Shown: piece after piece, positions 19,131 through 28,673 of the stretch
Position numbering within the stretch: position 1 is the first letter of the stretch
How the letters are laid out: every line of letters starts with the position of its first letter
Assembly (NCBI GenBank): GCA_043822305.1
Contig: JBDRBU010000107.1
Span: forward strand, 1-54,859
DNA from: Candidatus Firestoneibacteriota bacterium
GTDB lineage: Bacteria > Oederibacteriota > D2-FULL-39-29 > JBDRBU01
DNA length: 54,859 nucleotides
Direction of reading: 5' to 3'
The notes under the pieces: model-generated
What the model was told of the DNA's origin: nothing
What the model saw: the letters and a program-made list of their open reading frames with translations, nothing else
Databases searched by the model: none
Made by a program: the position numbers and the translations under genes

Positions 19131-20271
19131 CGCCTTCTTTCTTTTTAACCTCTATTATTTCGTAATTTTTTGTTCCTAATTTATACTCTTCGGCAATATT
19201 TAAAATAACATCAGTATCTCTTTTATTGATAATTCCCAAAACATTACCTGAAGACTTTATTCCTAAATCTTCAGCAGAACTTTGGGGCAATGGTCCTGCA
19301 TTATTTACCATATCTAACGATGCTTTATCTATAGCCACCGGGTCATCACTTATCATTATCCCCTGGTCATTAACAACTGGAGTATCTGCTACCGGCATAC
19401 AGTCACATTCAGGCTGAACATCCATAATGAAATTAACAAAAATAATTTTATTGGGCTTAAATGTACTTAAGACTGCCTGGCTAGCCTCAACAATATGAGT
19501 GCATAATCTTTCTTGAGTAATGGGCATATCTAATGCACCTTTCTTGCAAATTCTAGCACATCGACCACATCTCCAACAAAGTTCATCATTTATTTCATAA
19601 ATTTCTTTGGGAATTATAGTAATGGCCGTTACCGGACAAATATCTTCACATTGTTTACACCAGGAACATTTTTCTTTTATCCATTTTGGAACCTTATCAT
19701 CAACACTATGGAGTCTGCCTCTATTTAACTTTCCTTCTCTTGTTTTAGGACTTACGCCACCCATACCTATATTTTTTATAGCTCCACCAAAACCCGGTCC
19801 TATATGTCCTTTAAAATGAGATAAAACAACCATAGCCTCAGCATGATAAATTGAACTAGCTACTTCAATTTCTTTTATATATTTTGCTCCTTCTACTTTC
19901 ACTGGTACGGCATCTCTTCCAAATATACCATCAGCAATTATTACCGGCGCGCCACAGGTTGCCTGGGTATATCCATTTTCCGTAGCAACTTCTAAATATT
20001 GTAATGCTTCTATCCTCGTTGTATCAGTCACAAAAGGTTTTCCACCTGTTTTTTTGATAGAATTAACAACCTTCCTCACAAAAACAGGTCTTATTGTTCT
20101 AAAGGCCCCACGGCCACCAAAATGCATTTTTACGGCAACTTTATCTCCATGAGTAATGTATTTTTTTAAATCTATTTTAAGCAACAACTCCTCTAATTTA
20201 AATGGTAAACTATAACTAACATCCCATATTTTTGCTCTGGCACTTGCAAAAAAAACTTTACTTTTTTTCAT
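19105..20271 (-). CDS. DUF362 family protein with 2x[4Fe-4S] ferredoxin insert
   Basis: VAVKMHFG, SHFKGH, FGGAIKNIGMG, CSWCKQCEDICP and CWRCGRCARIC, ECDC, DPVAIDKAS. Confidence 0.88.
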   Translation of the reverse strand: MKKSKVFFASARAKIWDVSYSLPFKLEELLLKIDLKKYITHGDKVAVKMHFGGRGAFRTIRPVFVRKVVNSIKKTGGKPFVTDTTRIEALQYLEVATENGYTQATCGAPVIIADGIFGRDAVPVKVEGAKYIKEIEVASSIYHAEAMVVLSHFKGHIGPGFGGAIKNIGMGGVSPKTREGKLNRGRLHSVDDKVPKWIKEKCSWCKQCEDICPVTAITIIPKEIYEINDELCWRCGRCARICKKGALDMPITQERLCTHIVEASQAVLSTFKPNKIIFVNFIMDVQPECDCMPVADTPVVNDQGIMISDDPVAIDKASLDMVNNAGPLPQSSAEDLGIKSSGNVLGIINKRDTDVILNIAEEYKLGTKNYEIIEVKKKEGDVEKENWE

Positions 20272-21361
20272 AATGCTTATCCTTCCTGAAAATCATTTTT
20301 ACCACAGCCATTAACGAGACTAAGTTTATAAACGAAAAATAAAAAGGTATGTAAGATATTCTTAAAAGTCCGGCCATATAAAATATTATCTGTAATAAAA
20401 ACATTATGACATACAAGGGTTTAACTAATATAAGGAAATTTATTATAAAAATCGAGATAAACAAGACACCAGCCAGATTTAAAAGAATATTGTAAGATAA
20501 TAATTGTATAAACATTAACAGACGAAAAGAGCGAATTAAATCAAATAAATATTTGATTGAACTCAACTCACTCATTATTCTATTTAACTCAATCTTAAAA
20601 TTCTCTCCAAAATCAAAACTTACATCTTTGTTCACAATGGCTAAGGGCTCATAAACTGTCTTAAATCTTTCTTTTAAAACACTTAAAGGTAAAACAATAC
20701 AAGCCGGAATGTTTAATTCTTTCATTTCCTTAAACAATGACTTTCTGATGGCATATAATTCTTTGTTAACTAAGGTTAGAACTTTTATTTTGCTTGATAG
20801 ATTTAATATGAGTTTTTTATACTTTAAAAATAAATTTTCGCCTTGGACAAATAAATTATCATTAACATTATATCTTAGATTTCCACAGACTAATCCAACT
20901 TTACTATCGGCAAAATTTCTAACCAGATTTTTAAGACTGTATTTATCCAAAACAGAATTATCATCAGTAAAAGATATTATTTCTCCTTTAGTTTGCAAAA
21001 TACAATTATTTAAAATTTCATTTTCGTTCTTTTTTTCTGCTTGATAAAATAATTTTATCCCTCTTTTGTAATAGTTAGACACTACCTCGGACATATTCTC
21101 AGAGGTACCACAGGAAGCAACTATTATTTCTAATTTATTCCTTGGATATTCCAACAATAAACAATTCTCTATCTTTTGCATTAATTTTTTATCATCGTTT
21201 GATGAAAAAATTATTAGCGAAACAGAAGGCTCAAAATCTGATTTAATAAGTTTCTTTCTGCTAAACAAAGATAAGAAGTACAGGAAAAGTGGATACCCTA
21301 TATAAATATATAAAACCAGAAATATTAACAACCAAAATTTGACTTTTAATATTAATATCAT
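20258..21361 (-). CDS. GT2-fold membrane protein with degenerate catalytic motifs
   Basis: YIYIGYP, PSVSLII, LEYP..KLEIIVAS, LVRNFADSKVGLVCG, VYEPLA; the usual AYNEE, ED and RxR motifs are altered. Confidence 0.75.
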   Translation of the reverse strand: MILILKVKFWLLIFLVLYIYIGYPLFLYFLSLFSRKKLIKSDFEPSVSLIIFSSNDDKKLMQKIENCLLLEYPRNKLEIIVASCGTSENMSEVVSNYYKRGIKLFYQAEKKNENEILNNCILQTKGEIISFTDDNSVLDKYSLKNLVRNFADSKVGLVCGNLRYNVNDNLFVQGENLFLKYKKLILNLSSKIKVLTLVNKELYAIRKSLFKEMKELNIPACIVLPLSVLKERFKTVYEPLAIVNKDVSFDFGENFKIELNRIMSELSSIKYLFDLIRSFRLLMFIQLLSYNILLNLAGVLFISIFIINFLILVKPLYVIMFLLQIIFYMAGLLRISYIPFYFSFINLVSLMAVVKMIFRKDKHYEKK

Positions 21362-21367
21362 AACTAT

Positions 21368-21396
21368 AGTATACCAGAAATAAGATGTTCTATCAA
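21368..21396 (-). promoter_or_regulatory. Sigma70-type promoter, probably producing a leaderless mRNA
   Basis: TTGATA-17bp-TATACT; the -10 box ends 6 nt before the ATG at 21361. Confidence 0.65.
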
Positions 21397-21473
21397 CAAA
21401 ACTTCAGCTTTCAGCAATTCTATTATCAGTTAAAATCGCATTCCAAAAACCTTTAATTACTCTTTCTGCCTTT

Positions 21474-21800
21474 TCACTTGTATTCATACATAAAACCCTG
21501 TTTCTCTAATATTATTCTCTTCTTTTCAATATTTCCTAAATACACTCGCATCAGGCTTTTCCAAAGTTTTCCATGATTGGGAACACGAAAGTGCAAAAGT
21601 TCGTGGATAATGACATATTTGCCTGCAGACTTATCCATCTTAAGAAGGTTAAGGTTGAAGTTCAAGTTGCCTTTGGTGGAGCAGGATGCCCACTTGTTCT
21701 TCATCAGACGGAATTTCATGGACTTAACTTTAACATCTATTTTATCGGCAAACTTCTTAACTTCTTTTTTAAACTCGTCTCTGTTCTTCCACTTACGCAT
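21474..21800 (-). CDS. M48/YgjP (DUF45) metallopeptidase-like protein, short form
   Basis: MKNKWASCS..G.LNFN..L, YVIIHELLH...NHGKLW; lies directly downstream of hsdR. Confidence 0.85.
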   Translation of the reverse strand: MRKWKNRDEFKKEVKKFADKIDVKVKSMKFRLMKNKWASCSTKGNLNFNLNLLKMDKSAGKYVIIHELLHFRVPNHGKLWKSLMRVYLGNIEKKRIILEKQGFMYEYK

Positions 21801-21811
21801 ATTAATGCCGC

Positions 21812-24724
21812 CTAATTTCCTATATTTTCCGCATCTTCCAACAATTTGAACAAATACTCAACGGTGTCGGTATATTTATCCATATCATCTTCAATAGATG
21901 CCAGATACAGCGTTATATCTGTTCTTAATTCTCTTTTTTCCTGCTCGCTCTTCTGCCAATTGGGATATTCGTCAAATATCTTTTTAATTTCTTTTGTCGT
22001 TTTATCTGGGTCTTTTATCTTTTTATCCGTAAGAACCGTGTTCACAAAAGCCGACATTCCGTCAAAACCCTTTGCTTCCATCTCTTTCTTTTGCTCTAAA
22101 TGGGTTTCAATTGCAGAGTATAATTCATCAAGAATATCTTGCGTTTCTTCCTGTCTGTCTTCATACAGTTCCTGTATTGCTTTTGCCCTTGCAGATAAAG
22201 AAATCAACAATAAATCGTCAGGATTATCAATAACATACTTTTCAATGCTCTTAACAAGGTTAATAACTTTTGTATTATTGTTTTTACCTTTTTCTTTTAT
22301 TTTTTTTAAAGTGTTTTCATTTATCTCGTAGATGTCCATTCCTCCGTGCAAGTCATAAAGTCCTATCTTCTCCTGAATCAGATTCTTGGTCTTTTGCAGA
22401 AATTCCCTGTCAACACTGGCTCGCTTAAAGAAAGCATTTAAAACAATATGATAGATTTGTGATAATTTGCTGTAGTCATTAATATAGGGTCTTAAAAAAG
22501 CATCTGGAGAGATTATCTCATACAGGGCTTCTATCTCTTTGTAAAACTTGCGAAACCCTTCCCTCTTTGATTTATCCTTGAAGTATTCTATAATTGCATC
22601 GGTATCCTTATCAGTAAATCCGTATTTTATAAGTCCAAGATACCTTGCCGATTCTTTTTTCATCTTTGTCTCAAACAACTGTTTTAGTAAACCGATGTCC
22701 TTTATTACCGCATTTACTTCGTCAGAATCAAACGCCAATGCCTTTTTTAACTTATTAAATATTCCGATAAAATCCAGAACAAATCCGTGCGGCTTTTTAA
22801 CCTCTTTACCGTCTTTGTCTATTTCATAAGGTCTATTTACCCTTGCTATTGCCTGAAGTAAAGTATGGTCTCTCATCGGCTTATCAAGATACATCGCATA
22901 AAGAATCGGAGCATCGTAACCAGTGAGTAGTTTATCGGTAACTATGAATATTTTTGGTAATTTATCGGGCTTAATGAATTCCTTCCTGATTTTCTTTTCC
23001 GCCTCTTTAGTAATATGATGTTTTTTGAGTTCTTCCGAATCATTATTATTACCTGTATATATAACACTGGAGTATTCTTTAGGCAGGTATTTGTCCAATG
23101 CCTTTTTATACATTGCACACGCTTCCCTATCTACTCCAACCATAAACGCTTTATATCCAAGCGGCTCAACATTATCTTTGTAATGCTTCGCTACAAACCT
23201 GGCGACTTCATCAACTCGCTCCTTCCCTTTGAGGAATGTCCTGGTGTTTACCGCCTTCTCAATGACTCGATTTAATTCATCAATATCACTTATACCTTCT
23301 GCCTCTGCTAAAGCAAGAAATTCCTTTTCTAATATTTCTTCTGGCACAAGCAAGTCATTAGGAGCCAAAGCATAAAATAACGGCAGGGTTGTGCCGTCTT
23401 TAATGGAATCCGCTATTGAATACTTATGAAGGTAACCTTTCTTATCATCTATACCAAAGATCTTAAAAGTTCCTTTGCCGTGTGCAGTATTGTCAACTGG
23501 GGTGCCAGTAAATCCTATAAAAGAAGCATTGGGAATAGCAGCCATCAAGAAATTCCCCAAATCTCCTTGGGTAGTCCTATGTGCTTCATCCACAAGAACA
23601 TAAATATTCTTTCTCATATTTATATTGGCAGGCATATCAGCAAACTTATGAATCATACTCACAACAATACCCCTAAAATCGTCCTTCAATAGTTTATTGA
23701 GTTTTGTTATACTGCCCGCTTTCTCGGCGTGTTCAATTCCAACAGAATGCAGATTTCTGATTAACTGGTCCTCAAGTTCATTTCTGTCAATCAATAAGAT
23801 AATCGTCGGCTTTTCTGCTTCTGGTGCTTTAAAAAGCATCTCTGCTACTTTTATCATAGTAAATGTCTTGCCGCTTCCCTGGGTATGCCAGACCAACCCT
23901 CTACATCTTTCTTTGTCAAGAGCCCTTTCAAAAACAAGTTTGACTGCTGCTATTTGGTACTGCCTTAAGATGTATTTATTAAGTTCCTCGTCTTTTTCGG
24001 AAAAGATTATAAAGTTTTTAATGCAGGACAAGATATGTTCTTTAGTAAAGAAGGTCTTAACCTTACTCTCAAGTTGTCCGATTTCTTCTTCTTTCCAGTT
24101 AAAAATATTCCTTCTAACCATATTCCAAGTAACCCCATAAGAAAATCCAAGTGATTCCGTCACAGTAAACATCTGCTCTGACACCATCATCTCTGGTGTT
24201 TCCCTGTGGTAACGTCGTATCTGGTCAATACCAAGGGCTAACGCTTCTTCCTTTGTAGCATTCTTGCATTCAATCACTGCAACAGGAAGACCGTTAATCA
24301 GAAATACAATGTCTTCACGATTCCCGTATTTACCGTTAGAATAATAATACTCGTCTGTTACTTGGTAGGTATTATTCTTTGGATTATCAAAATCTATTAA
24401 TATAAGGTTTGGCTCTCGGTTCTCTTTTTTGCAAAAAAATGTTTTTTCACCTCTTAAGTATTGTAGAAATTCCCTATTGCCGTGAATATTGCTTTTAAGA
24501 GTGCTTAAGGTCTTTATTAGGGCTTCTTTGGATTCATCATATTTAGGATTAAACTCTTTTACTTTCTTATAAAACAGGTCAACAAAGAATAGCGATGGTT
24601 CCGTGCCATAAGGCACAGGAACAATCTGCCGATATTTTTCGGCAGTTTCCCTGTTTACATACTCCCAGCCCAATTCCTGGACATATTTTAATATAGGGTT
24701 TTGAACCCCGCCACGTTCACTCAT
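21812..24724 (-). CDS. hsdR: Type I restriction endonuclease subunit R
   Basis: DIVFLINGLP..IECK nuclease motif, WHTQGSGKT Walker A, DEAH, FTGTP, LLTGYDAP, QAIARVNR. Confidence 0.95.
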   Translation of the reverse strand: MSERGGVQNPILKYVQELGWEYVNRETAEKYRQIVPVPYGTEPSLFFVDLFYKKVKEFNPKYDESKEALIKTLSTLKSNIHGNREFLQYLRGEKTFFCKKENREPNLILIDFDNPKNNTYQVTDEYYYSNGKYGNREDIVFLINGLPVAVIECKNATKEEALALGIDQIRRYHRETPEMMVSEQMFTVTESLGFSYGVTWNMVRRNIFNWKEEEIGQLESKVKTFFTKEHILSCIKNFIIFSEKDEELNKYILRQYQIAAVKLVFERALDKERCRGLVWHTQGSGKTFTMIKVAEMLFKAPEAEKPTIILLIDRNELEDQLIRNLHSVGIEHAEKAGSITKLNKLLKDDFRGIVVSMIHKFADMPANINMRKNIYVLVDEAHRTTQGDLGNFLMAAIPNASFIGFTGTPVDNTAHGKGTFKIFGIDDKKGYLHKYSIADSIKDGTTLPLFYALAPNDLLVPEEILEKEFLALAEAEGISDIDELNRVIEKAVNTRTFLKGKERVDEVARFVAKHYKDNVEPLGYKAFMVGVDREACAMYKKALDKYLPKEYSSVIYTGNNNDSEELKKHHITKEAEKKIRKEFIKPDKLPKIFIVTDKLLTGYDAPILYAMYLDKPMRDHTLLQAIARVNRPYEIDKDGKEVKKPHGFVLDFIGIFNKLKKALAFDSDEVNAVIKDIGLLKQLFETKMKKESARYLGLIKYGFTDKDTDAIIEYFKDKSKREGFRKFYKEIEALYEIISPDAFLRPYINDYSKLSQIYHIVLNAFFKRASVDREFLQKTKNLIQEKIGLYDLHGGMDIYEINENTLKKIKEKGKNNNTKVINLVKSIEKYVIDNPDDLLLISLSARAKAIQELYEDRQEETQDILDELYSAIETHLEQKKEMEAKGFDGMSAFVNTVLTDKKIKDPDKTTKEIKKIFDEYPNWQKSEQEKRELRTDITLYLASIEDDMDKYTDTVEYLFKLLEDAENIGN

Positions 24725-25749
24725 TTTTTGTCCTCTTTGATAAGTCTTAAGATTTGTTTTTCACGGTCTAATTCATTTATTAATTCTTTTTTACTTGGCA
24801 GATAAAGTTTGTACTTAGAAGCAAATAGTTTTTTATTATCTTTCAGAACCGAGTATTTAACAACTGTTTCATCTTTTTCAGTACACAGAATAATGCCAAT
24901 TGTAGGATTGTCATCTTTGGCTTTCATCTTATCTTCAAACAAACGAACATACATATCCATTTGTCCAATATCTTGGTGAGTAAGTTTTTCAGTTTTTAAG
25001 TCAATCAATACAAAGCATTTCAGTAAGTAATTGTAAAATACAAGGTCAATATAGAAATGCTGTGTTTCTGTTGAAATTCGCCGTTGTCTGGCAACAAAAG
25101 AAAACCCACGGCCTAATTCCAGGAGGAACTTCTGAAGATGATTAATTAATGCCTGTTCAAGGTGGCTCTCTTTTAGATTAGTATTTTCTTGAAGCCCTAA
25201 GAATTCCAATACAAACGGATCCTTAATTTGGTCCTCGGGTTTTATACTCAACTGTCTTGCTCTTGTATCTGCTTCTTGTTTAACTGAAGTCTTATTTTTG
25301 CTTGTCAGAAGACGTTCATAATAAAAAGAGTTGATTTGTCTTTCCAACTGCCTTGTACTCCAATTTGCATCAGCACATTCATTAAGATAAAATGCCCTGT
25401 TTCTATCATTGTCCACCCGTAATAATAACCGATAATGCGTCCAACTTAATTCTGAACGCAATGCGTTCACTTTTGGGAACATCACATAAAATTGCTTCAT
25501 AAAATATAAGTTTCTTTCATCAAATCCCTTGCCAAATTCTGCAGTTAATCGTTTTGAAAGGTCATCGATTAAATATGCCCCATATTCAGCACGTTTTTCA
25601 CCTTTCTGTTCTTCTTCTACAATTAACCTACCTATGTTCCAATAAGCAATAACCATCGTGGAATTAACAGTTCTATAAACATTATTCCTTGCTTCAACAA
25701 GGATTTTTCTAACATCAGAGTAAATATCAGTTCTTTTTGGTTTGTTCAT
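24721..25749 (-). CDS. YhcG/DUF1016 PD-(D/E)XK nuclease domain protein within the R-M cassette
   Basis: YWNIGRLIVEEEQ, LSWTHY, KDPFVLEFL, ELGRGFSFVARQ, DIGQMDMYV. Confidence 0.92.
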   Translation of the reverse strand: MNKPKRTDIYSDVRKILVEARNNVYRTVNSTMVIAYWNIGRLIVEEEQKGEKRAEYGAYLIDDLSKRLTAEFGKGFDERNLYFMKQFYVMFPKVNALRSELSWTHYRLLLRVDNDRNRAFYLNECADANWSTRQLERQINSFYYERLLTSKNKTSVKQEADTRARQLSIKPEDQIKDPFVLEFLGLQENTNLKESHLEQALINHLQKFLLELGRGFSFVARQRRISTETQHFYIDLVFYNYLLKCFVLIDLKTEKLTHQDIGQMDMYVRLFEDKMKAKDDNPTIGIILCTEKDETVVKYSVLKDNKKLFASKYKLYLPSKKELINELDREKQILRLIKEDKK

Positions 25750-25770
25750 TGTTTTTGCTCCTATAATTTA

Positions 25771-27039
25771 TTATGCAATTTTTAAGTCTTTCACCCGTAT
25801 TCGTCCAGTCATTAACTGATGAAGCATTGATTTGAAAAGAGACTGCAAACAATCTTTTCTTTTTATTGTAATCAATACCTTCTCATCCAATTGCTTTAAA
25901 ATACTTGATATTTCCTTTTGCCCTTTTATTGCTGGAAAAGGTATTTTCATTTCTCGCACGTTATCATCTCTAACCGCAGGATAACTTGCTCCTGTCTGCA
26001 ATTTACCAATCTCTTTTATAAAAGAATCTGTTATCAAATATTGATAAAGAAACTCGTAGTCAAGTCTACTTTCATCTGCCCTTAAAACGCAAAAAGCAGT
26101 GCTACAATATTCATTATTATATTCGCTTCCTACTTTTGCAACACGCTTTAAAGTAGGTCTGACTGTTGCAAATATAACATCGTTTGAATAAATAATTTTT
26201 CTCGCTCGTCCAGGAGCGTCTTTTCCAAGAAAAACTTGATGCCCTATTATAGAAAATATTTCATTTGAGACACTGGACACATCTACATACTTTATTGATT
26301 TTGACAGCTCTTTTTCAGGATTCTTTGTAAATGTCTCTCTTATCGCATCTTTTATTTTCACCACTTTCCAACTTTTGGGGATTTTGCCGATTTCGGTGTT
26401 TCTCTGCGGCTCATCGTAAAGCCCTTCGGCGAATAATTTCTGCATCATGGCTTTCTTTAGTTCTGTCGTGGTCTTAATAATTTTCTCCTGCGTCTCTATG
26501 GCTGATTGAATTTTGGAGAGAATGTAAGAAATATTTGATTGCTCAAAAATAGGAGGTAAAGGTATATTTATGTTTTGAATATCAGAATTATTTACTGCTT
26601 TTTGAGTACTACCGTGTGCAAGACTATCTTTAAATTTACCAAAATAATCTGAAAGAAATATTTGTTTTAGGAATATTGGATTTACTTTACCAGAACAAAC
26701 AACCCCTGTAAAACCTGTTGAAAGTATATACCTGTTTATTTCAGAGATATTCTCTTTTGTGAACGAATATACTTTCAAAGTATTTTTCATCTTTGCAAAC
26801 CAAACAGAATCCATCTTTGGTTGCATATTCGCTCTTAGTGGTCTGTTTTTAAATGTAATTTTGCATTCAATATTACCAATCTTATTGTATTCAATTGATG
26901 ATGTTGACAAGTAATCTTTCTCTTTTGAAAAATTATCAATACCACTGCTCAATATTGCAAATTTTTTTTTATCTCCCAATTTTACCAATTCCCACTCCTC
27001 TGGTATCAACCCTATTTCAGTTTCTTTAAATCCTTTCAT
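25771..27039 (-). CDS. hsdS: Type I R-M specificity subunit S
   Basis: Two repeats of TEIG.IP..W + TRD + IP(L/F)P..(E/G)Q..I..IL; ends LHQLMTGRIRV. Confidence 0.93.
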   Translation of the reverse strand: MKGFKETEIGLIPEEWELVKLGDKKKFAILSSGIDNFSKEKDYLSTSSIEYNKIGNIECKITFKNRPLRANMQPKMDSVWFAKMKNTLKVYSFTKENISEINRYILSTGFTGVVCSGKVNPIFLKQIFLSDYFGKFKDSLAHGSTQKAVNNSDIQNINIPLPPIFEQSNISYILSKIQSAIETQEKIIKTTTELKKAMMQKLFAEGLYDEPQRNTEIGKIPKSWKVVKIKDAIRETFTKNPEKELSKSIKYVDVSSVSNEIFSIIGHQVFLGKDAPGRARKIIYSNDVIFATVRPTLKRVAKVGSEYNNEYCSTAFCVLRADESRLDYEFLYQYLITDSFIKEIGKLQTGASYPAVRDDNVREMKIPFPAIKGQKEISSILKQLDEKVLITIKRKDCLQSLFKSMLHQLMTGRIRVKDLKIA

Positions 27040-27042
27040 CTG

Positions 27043-28617
27043 TTAATACCCCAACTTTTTTAAAATATCTTTCAGGTCTTTGTCTATTATCTTGGATTCG
27101 ACATCAAGTTCGTTTAATTCCGATACTATTTCCCCTATTGGTCGGTATTCTTCCGCTTCCGCAGTGTGAATATACCTTGACGGAGAAATATTGTAATCAT
27201 TCTTGATAATCTCGTCTTTTGTAACCACCTTGCTAAACTTTGCTGTCTCTTTCCATTTTAGAAATACATCCACAATCTTTTTCTGATTCGCTTCAGGGAT
27301 AAAGTTCTTCGGGTCACCTTTTTCAAATTCAAGAGAAGCATTCACAAGCAGAACTTTATTCTTTCTGTCTTTTGATTTAATTTTATTTACAAAGACAACT
27401 ACGCCAGGTGCCGTCGTATTATAAAAAAGATTCTCCGGCAAATATAAAACACTTTCAATAAAATCATTATCAACATACCACTTTCTGATTTCTTTTTCTT
27501 TATTGTTTCCAGCATTGCCAGAACCTCTTGATACTGCTCCAGTATCAAGAACAACAGCAGCTCTGCCGTCATCTTTTAAACTCGCAAAAATATGTTGCAT
27601 CCATCCCCAGTCAGCACTACTCGTAGGTGGAATACCTGCATTAAATCGTTCCAACTCGTCATTTTCATAATCATTTTGTTCAAAACTCTTCTGGTTCCAC
27701 ATAGGATTGGTCATAACCAAGTCAAAAGGTTTTAATTTACTCCCTGATTTAAATCTGGGGTTTTTCATTGTGTCGCCGATTTCAATCTTCCCTTCCATAT
27801 CGTGAATGACCATATTCATATTTGCCATTGCCCAAGTCGGAGCAGTATACTCCTGACCATAAAGAGCAAGCGGAGCATATTTACCCTTCTTGCCTCCCAT
27901 TTTCTCCTGTAATGCAATCTGGCTTTTTACAAGAAGTCCTCCAGAACCGCAACAAGGGTCATAAACTTCCATCCCTGGCTCGGGGTCAAGTATCCTCGCC
28001 ATTATCATTCCGACTTCCGCTGGAGTATAAAACTCTCCTGCACTCTGCCCACTGTCTTCTGCAAACTTTCTAATAAGATATTCATAACTTCTGCCTATAA
28101 TATCTGGCTCCACATCATCAAGCCCAAGCCGTTTTAAGCTCATTTTTTCAATGAGTTTTATTAAACTCTCTTCCGTAATATCCCTTTGTCCGTGGGTAGT
28201 TGCATTAAAGTCAATTCGGTCTATAATCCCCTGTATTCGTTCATTATGTTTCGCAATATCTCGCATAATACTGGTAAGTTTCTCGCCGACTTTATCAGTA
28301 AGCGTCCTGATTGCTGACCAAGTATCATCTTTTTCAATATCCTTGGCTCTCAAAGGTAAATAAAAACGAACAAGTTTCGGACTTTTTTCAATAAGTTTAA
28401 TCGCCTTGGATTTGGAATTACCGAACTTTGCAGCAATACGGTTTACCTCGTCATCAAAAACATCACAAAGCCGTTTCACAAACACTAACGGCAGGATGTA
28501 GTCCTTGTATTTGGACGCATCCTTCTCGCCCCTAATAACGCACGCAGCATCCCACAACCATGATTCCAAAGATTTATCTTCTTTGTTGTTATCTTCATTT
28601 ACCATAAATTCTCCCAT
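27043..28617 (-). CDS. hsdM: Type I R-M methyltransferase subunit M
   Basis: LESWLWDAA, YEYLIRKFA, GEFYTP, DPCCGSGG (motif I), NPMW (motif IV variant). Confidence 0.95.
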   Translation of the reverse strand: MGEFMVNEDNNKEDKSLESWLWDAACVIRGEKDASKYKDYILPLVFVKRLCDVFDDEVNRIAAKFGNSKSKAIKLIEKSPKLVRFYLPLRAKDIEKDDTWSAIRTLTDKVGEKLTSIMRDIAKHNERIQGIIDRIDFNATTHGQRDITEESLIKLIEKMSLKRLGLDDVEPDIIGRSYEYLIRKFAEDSGQSAGEFYTPAEVGMIMARILDPEPGMEVYDPCCGSGGLLVKSQIALQEKMGGKKGKYAPLALYGQEYTAPTWAMANMNMVIHDMEGKIEIGDTMKNPRFKSGSKLKPFDLVMTNPMWNQKSFEQNDYENDELERFNAGIPPTSSADWGWMQHIFASLKDDGRAAVVLDTGAVSRGSGNAGNNKEKEIRKWYVDNDFIESVLYLPENLFYNTTAPGVVVFVNKIKSKDRKNKVLLVNASLEFEKGDPKNFIPEANQKKIVDVFLKWKETAKFSKVVTKDEIIKNDYNISPSRYIHTAEAEEYRPIGEIVSELNELDVESKIIDKDLKDILKKLGY

Positions 28618-28673
28618 GCTTATTCTTTACTCTATGTCTTTAATATTAAAAAGATGATATTTCTTATCGCAAT

